A stretch of DNA of 62,027 nt, filler included, from Hausera hauseri (Eukaryota): NCBI GenBank assembly GCA_046269625.1. It is 9 parts of 9 records of this genome, joined end to end, with 100 filler letters (N's around TTAATTAATTAA, not from the genome) between each part and the next. Parts side by side here need not be neighbours in the genome. Positions count along the whole stretch, not along the records: positions 54,915 to 62,027 come from JBJURY010037223.1; 8 more parts are not named here. One strand, 5' to 3'. A model generated the notes under the pieces. That model had not been told where the DNA came from. It saw only the letters and a list, made by a program, of their open reading frames with translations, and ran no database searches. Made by a program: the position numbers and the translations under genes. Shown in pieces: positions 59,501-62,027 of the stretch. Every line of letters begins with the position of its first letter. Positions within the stretch are counted from its first letter, which is position 1.

Positions 59501-62027
59501 NNNNNNNNNNAGTTCATTGTAAGAACCGACCACAAACCACTGAAGGCCCTACTAAAAGCAGATGTACAGAACAAGAGAATTCAGCCGTGGGCACTGAATT
59601 TGCAAGGGTATGATATGAATATAGAATATATACCGGGTCCTGAGAATACGGTGGCCGATTTGCTGTCGCGAATTCCAGACAGAAATGATGGGGTGGAAGG
59701 AACGGAAGAAGGAAAAGAAGAAGGTACGCCAGAGATCGACGACCACACATTACAAATCGCAACCATCAACACCAACGAGAAGGAATCGGGTGAAGACACA
59801 GAGGCAGAAGAAAGTGAGAGTGAAGAGGAAGATAAGGCTGAGGTGCAGGCAGAACAACAGAAAGATGAAGAGTTAAGACGAATCATTGAAGACTTGAAAT
59901 CCGGAAAAGAAGAAAGGGTGAAGAAGTGGAGAAAGTTTGTCATTGAAGATGAGATGCTATATCGAATCGGAGGTGAAACGAAAAGGAACTTACAGCTATG
60001 CATACCAGAAAGCATGAAACAACTGATCATAATACAGTACCATGACCATCTGGGACATTTGGGCAGAGACAGAACCACAGAACTAATTAGCCGGAAATAT
60101 TACTGGAAAAACATGATGAAAGAAATTGGGAATTACGTTAAGGAATGTGAGTCGTGTAAGCTAAGAAGCATGAAGATCCTGAAACATCCAATTCAAGAAC
60201 CGGAATATGCCAACTTTCCGATTGAAAAGATAAGTCTCGATCTTTCGGGCCCACATCCGCTGACAGGGTCGGGAAATAAACATATCCTCCACATCGTGGA
60301 CATCTACAGTGGTTGGCCAGAGTTGTATGCGGTACCCGACAAAGCTATGGGAAATGTAATAGATATCTTATTGGAACAATATATACCTCGATACGGATGT
60401 CCTCGAGTGATTGTCACTGACAATGGACGAGAGTTTGTGAATAAAGCGCTGAAAGAAACCCTAAAAGAACTGAACGTGAAGCACGTGACGACCTCATATT
60501 ATAATCCGGGAGCTAATGGGATTAATGAGAGGCAACATTCCACCCTATATGACGTGATAGCAAAATACACAAACGACCAACCCAAGGAATGGGATCTGTA
60601 TTTAAACCAAGCAGCAATGGTAGTGAGATTCATGGAAAACGGGAGTAGAAAGTACTCGCCATACGAGATGCTGTTCGGCAGAGAACCGATCCTACCTATA
60701 GACAACCTGCTGAAACCAAGATTGAAATATCAAGGGGAAGAGTTCCACCAGTACATGTTGCAAAAATTTCATGAAATAACGGTGAAAGTCAGTAGAAACG
60801 TGAGAGCTGCATTCCAAAAACGAAAACAGCAGAATGATCCGAAAACAGTATATCAAGAATTTGAAATAGGAGACAAGGTATACTACAGAAAGCACAGAAA
60901 AACTTCCAAAATGGACAACAATTGGTTGCCGGGATATAGAATCGCGGAGAAGCGAGGACCTATATCTTATTGGGTAGTGAATCCACTTACAGGACAGGGA
61001 GCCAAAGCCACCACAAGCCAGTTACAGAAGGATGACAAAAAGTTTCCAGAAGAACCGAAGTTGAACAAGGAAGACAGAGTACGCAAGACACGATATGTTG
61101 TACCACCGGAAGATGAAAGTGGTTCAGAAACGTCGGAAGAAGAAAGTAAAAGTACCACCGAAACATCCGATGAAGAAGAAAGTGATACAAGGTACGAAAT
61201 AGCAGTGCCATACCCAACGAGAATCCAGAACAAAACGACGAAAGAAACAGAAGCGAAAACAGAAACGGAAGCAGACAAGAGCGCGCCATATCAAAACACC
61301 CGAGCAGCTGCGAGGAAAAGATTTGAAGAAGCAAGAGCCCAGCAAATGAAGCGAAGAAGAGTAGTGTTGACCGGTTCATCAGATGATACTGACCTTCCTA
61401 TACCAGAAAGAAGGAGACGTTTAGAAGATCGAGAAAGACGACAAGCAGAAGAAGCAGAGGGAGACGACGAAGAAACGCAAGAAGAACAACCAAGAGCAAG
61501 CAAAGTCGAAGATAACAGCTCGGACACCTCAGTAGAAGACACAGATACAGAATCCTCGGAAATGGAGCAAATGGTTCGAAGAATGAAAAGGTTAAGAGAT
61601 TCAGGTACATCTGCGGAAGATGAACCTAGAACAAAGCTTACAAGACAGGCAGCAGTAAAACGGAAATATATGCGGAGAACTGAAGAAGGGAGAGAATCAA
61701 GAATACCCATAAGCGCCGCGATGAAATTAAAACGACAAACGACGGGAAAACAGTTGTCCGAAAGTCAAAGGAAGGAAGAAGCTGCGCGGACATCAGTTAA
61801 AACACAAGTTGCAGAAATAAGACGAGTAGTAAAGAAGAAAGATAAGGAAATGAAAGAAGTAAGAGAATTGGTAGAAAAAGTAGCAGAAGCCAAAAGAGAA
61901 GCAGATACCAAAGTACGCGAACTACAAAGCAAGGTGCAAGAAAGAGGAGATTTGTTGAGAGTCATGGAGACTCATTCTGCTGAACTCGAAAAAGCGAATG
62001 TCGAAAAAGCAGAAACGATTTCAAAGC
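56462..62027 (+). CDS. pol: Gypsy Pol polyprotein (PR-RT-RH-IN with long extensions); 3' partial, absent from the ORF track
   Basis: Both ends translated by hand without a stop; no internal ORF in the track implies the middle is open too. LIDTGA 57269, YIDD 58676, YTDAS ~59120, TDHKPL, H-H-CESC ~60040-60157, SLD/TDNG/NER integrase triad. Confidence 0.93.
59334..59587. other. Scaffolding artefact: 100-N gap flanked by an identical 77-bp overlap
   Basis: 59334-59410 equals 59511-59587 on either side of the Ns at 59411-59510. Confidence 0.92.

Noticed and set aside
59334-59587. Tandem duplication within RNase H
   Set aside because: Identical 77-bp overlap around a 100-N gap; a scaffolding artefact.
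56507-61965. Long minus-strand S/F/L-rich ORFs
   Set aside because: Antisense shadows of the purine-rich pol frame.

Overview
This window is not one locus. It is nine unrelated eukaryotic contigs joined by artificial 100-nt linkers (44 N + TTAATTAATTAA + 44 N), probably from a mixed-organism short-read assembly, and it is dominated by mobile DNA. Contig 1 (1-5173, fish-like): a Tc1 end, a Harbinger MITE with TTA target-site duplication, a spliced integrase-core transposase relic and a very A-poor G/T tract. Contig 2 (5274-19649): a spliced Ser/Thr kinase gene among decayed RNase H-containing LINEs and four tRNA-derived SINEs. Contigs 3, 6 and 8: decayed CsRn1-like Gypsy elements next to intronless, disabled fragments of PDS5, UBR1/2 and huntingtin. 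Contig 7: a decayed Polinton/adintovirus-type polymerase B next to a disabled PXK fragment. Contig 4: an intact ~690-785 aa ORF with a catalytically dead DEDDh exonuclease fold, lying just upstream of a polypurine tract and LTR-like unit. Contig 5: a ~2.9 kb LTR-like unit with a tRNA-Met primer-binding site that appears to drive a spliced RING-finger gene. Contig 9 (54915-end): an apparently intact Gypsy element whose ~1800-aa pol is missing from the ORF track; it is reached by a GGGAAAC -1 frameshift with a pseudoknot. The best candidates for novelty are the retroelement-borne pseudonuclease ORF (contig 4), the LTR-driven RING gene (contig 5) and the recurring element/housekeeping-gene-fragment mosaics. 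All calls come from reading motifs by eye; no searches were run, and boundaries of decayed features are approximate.
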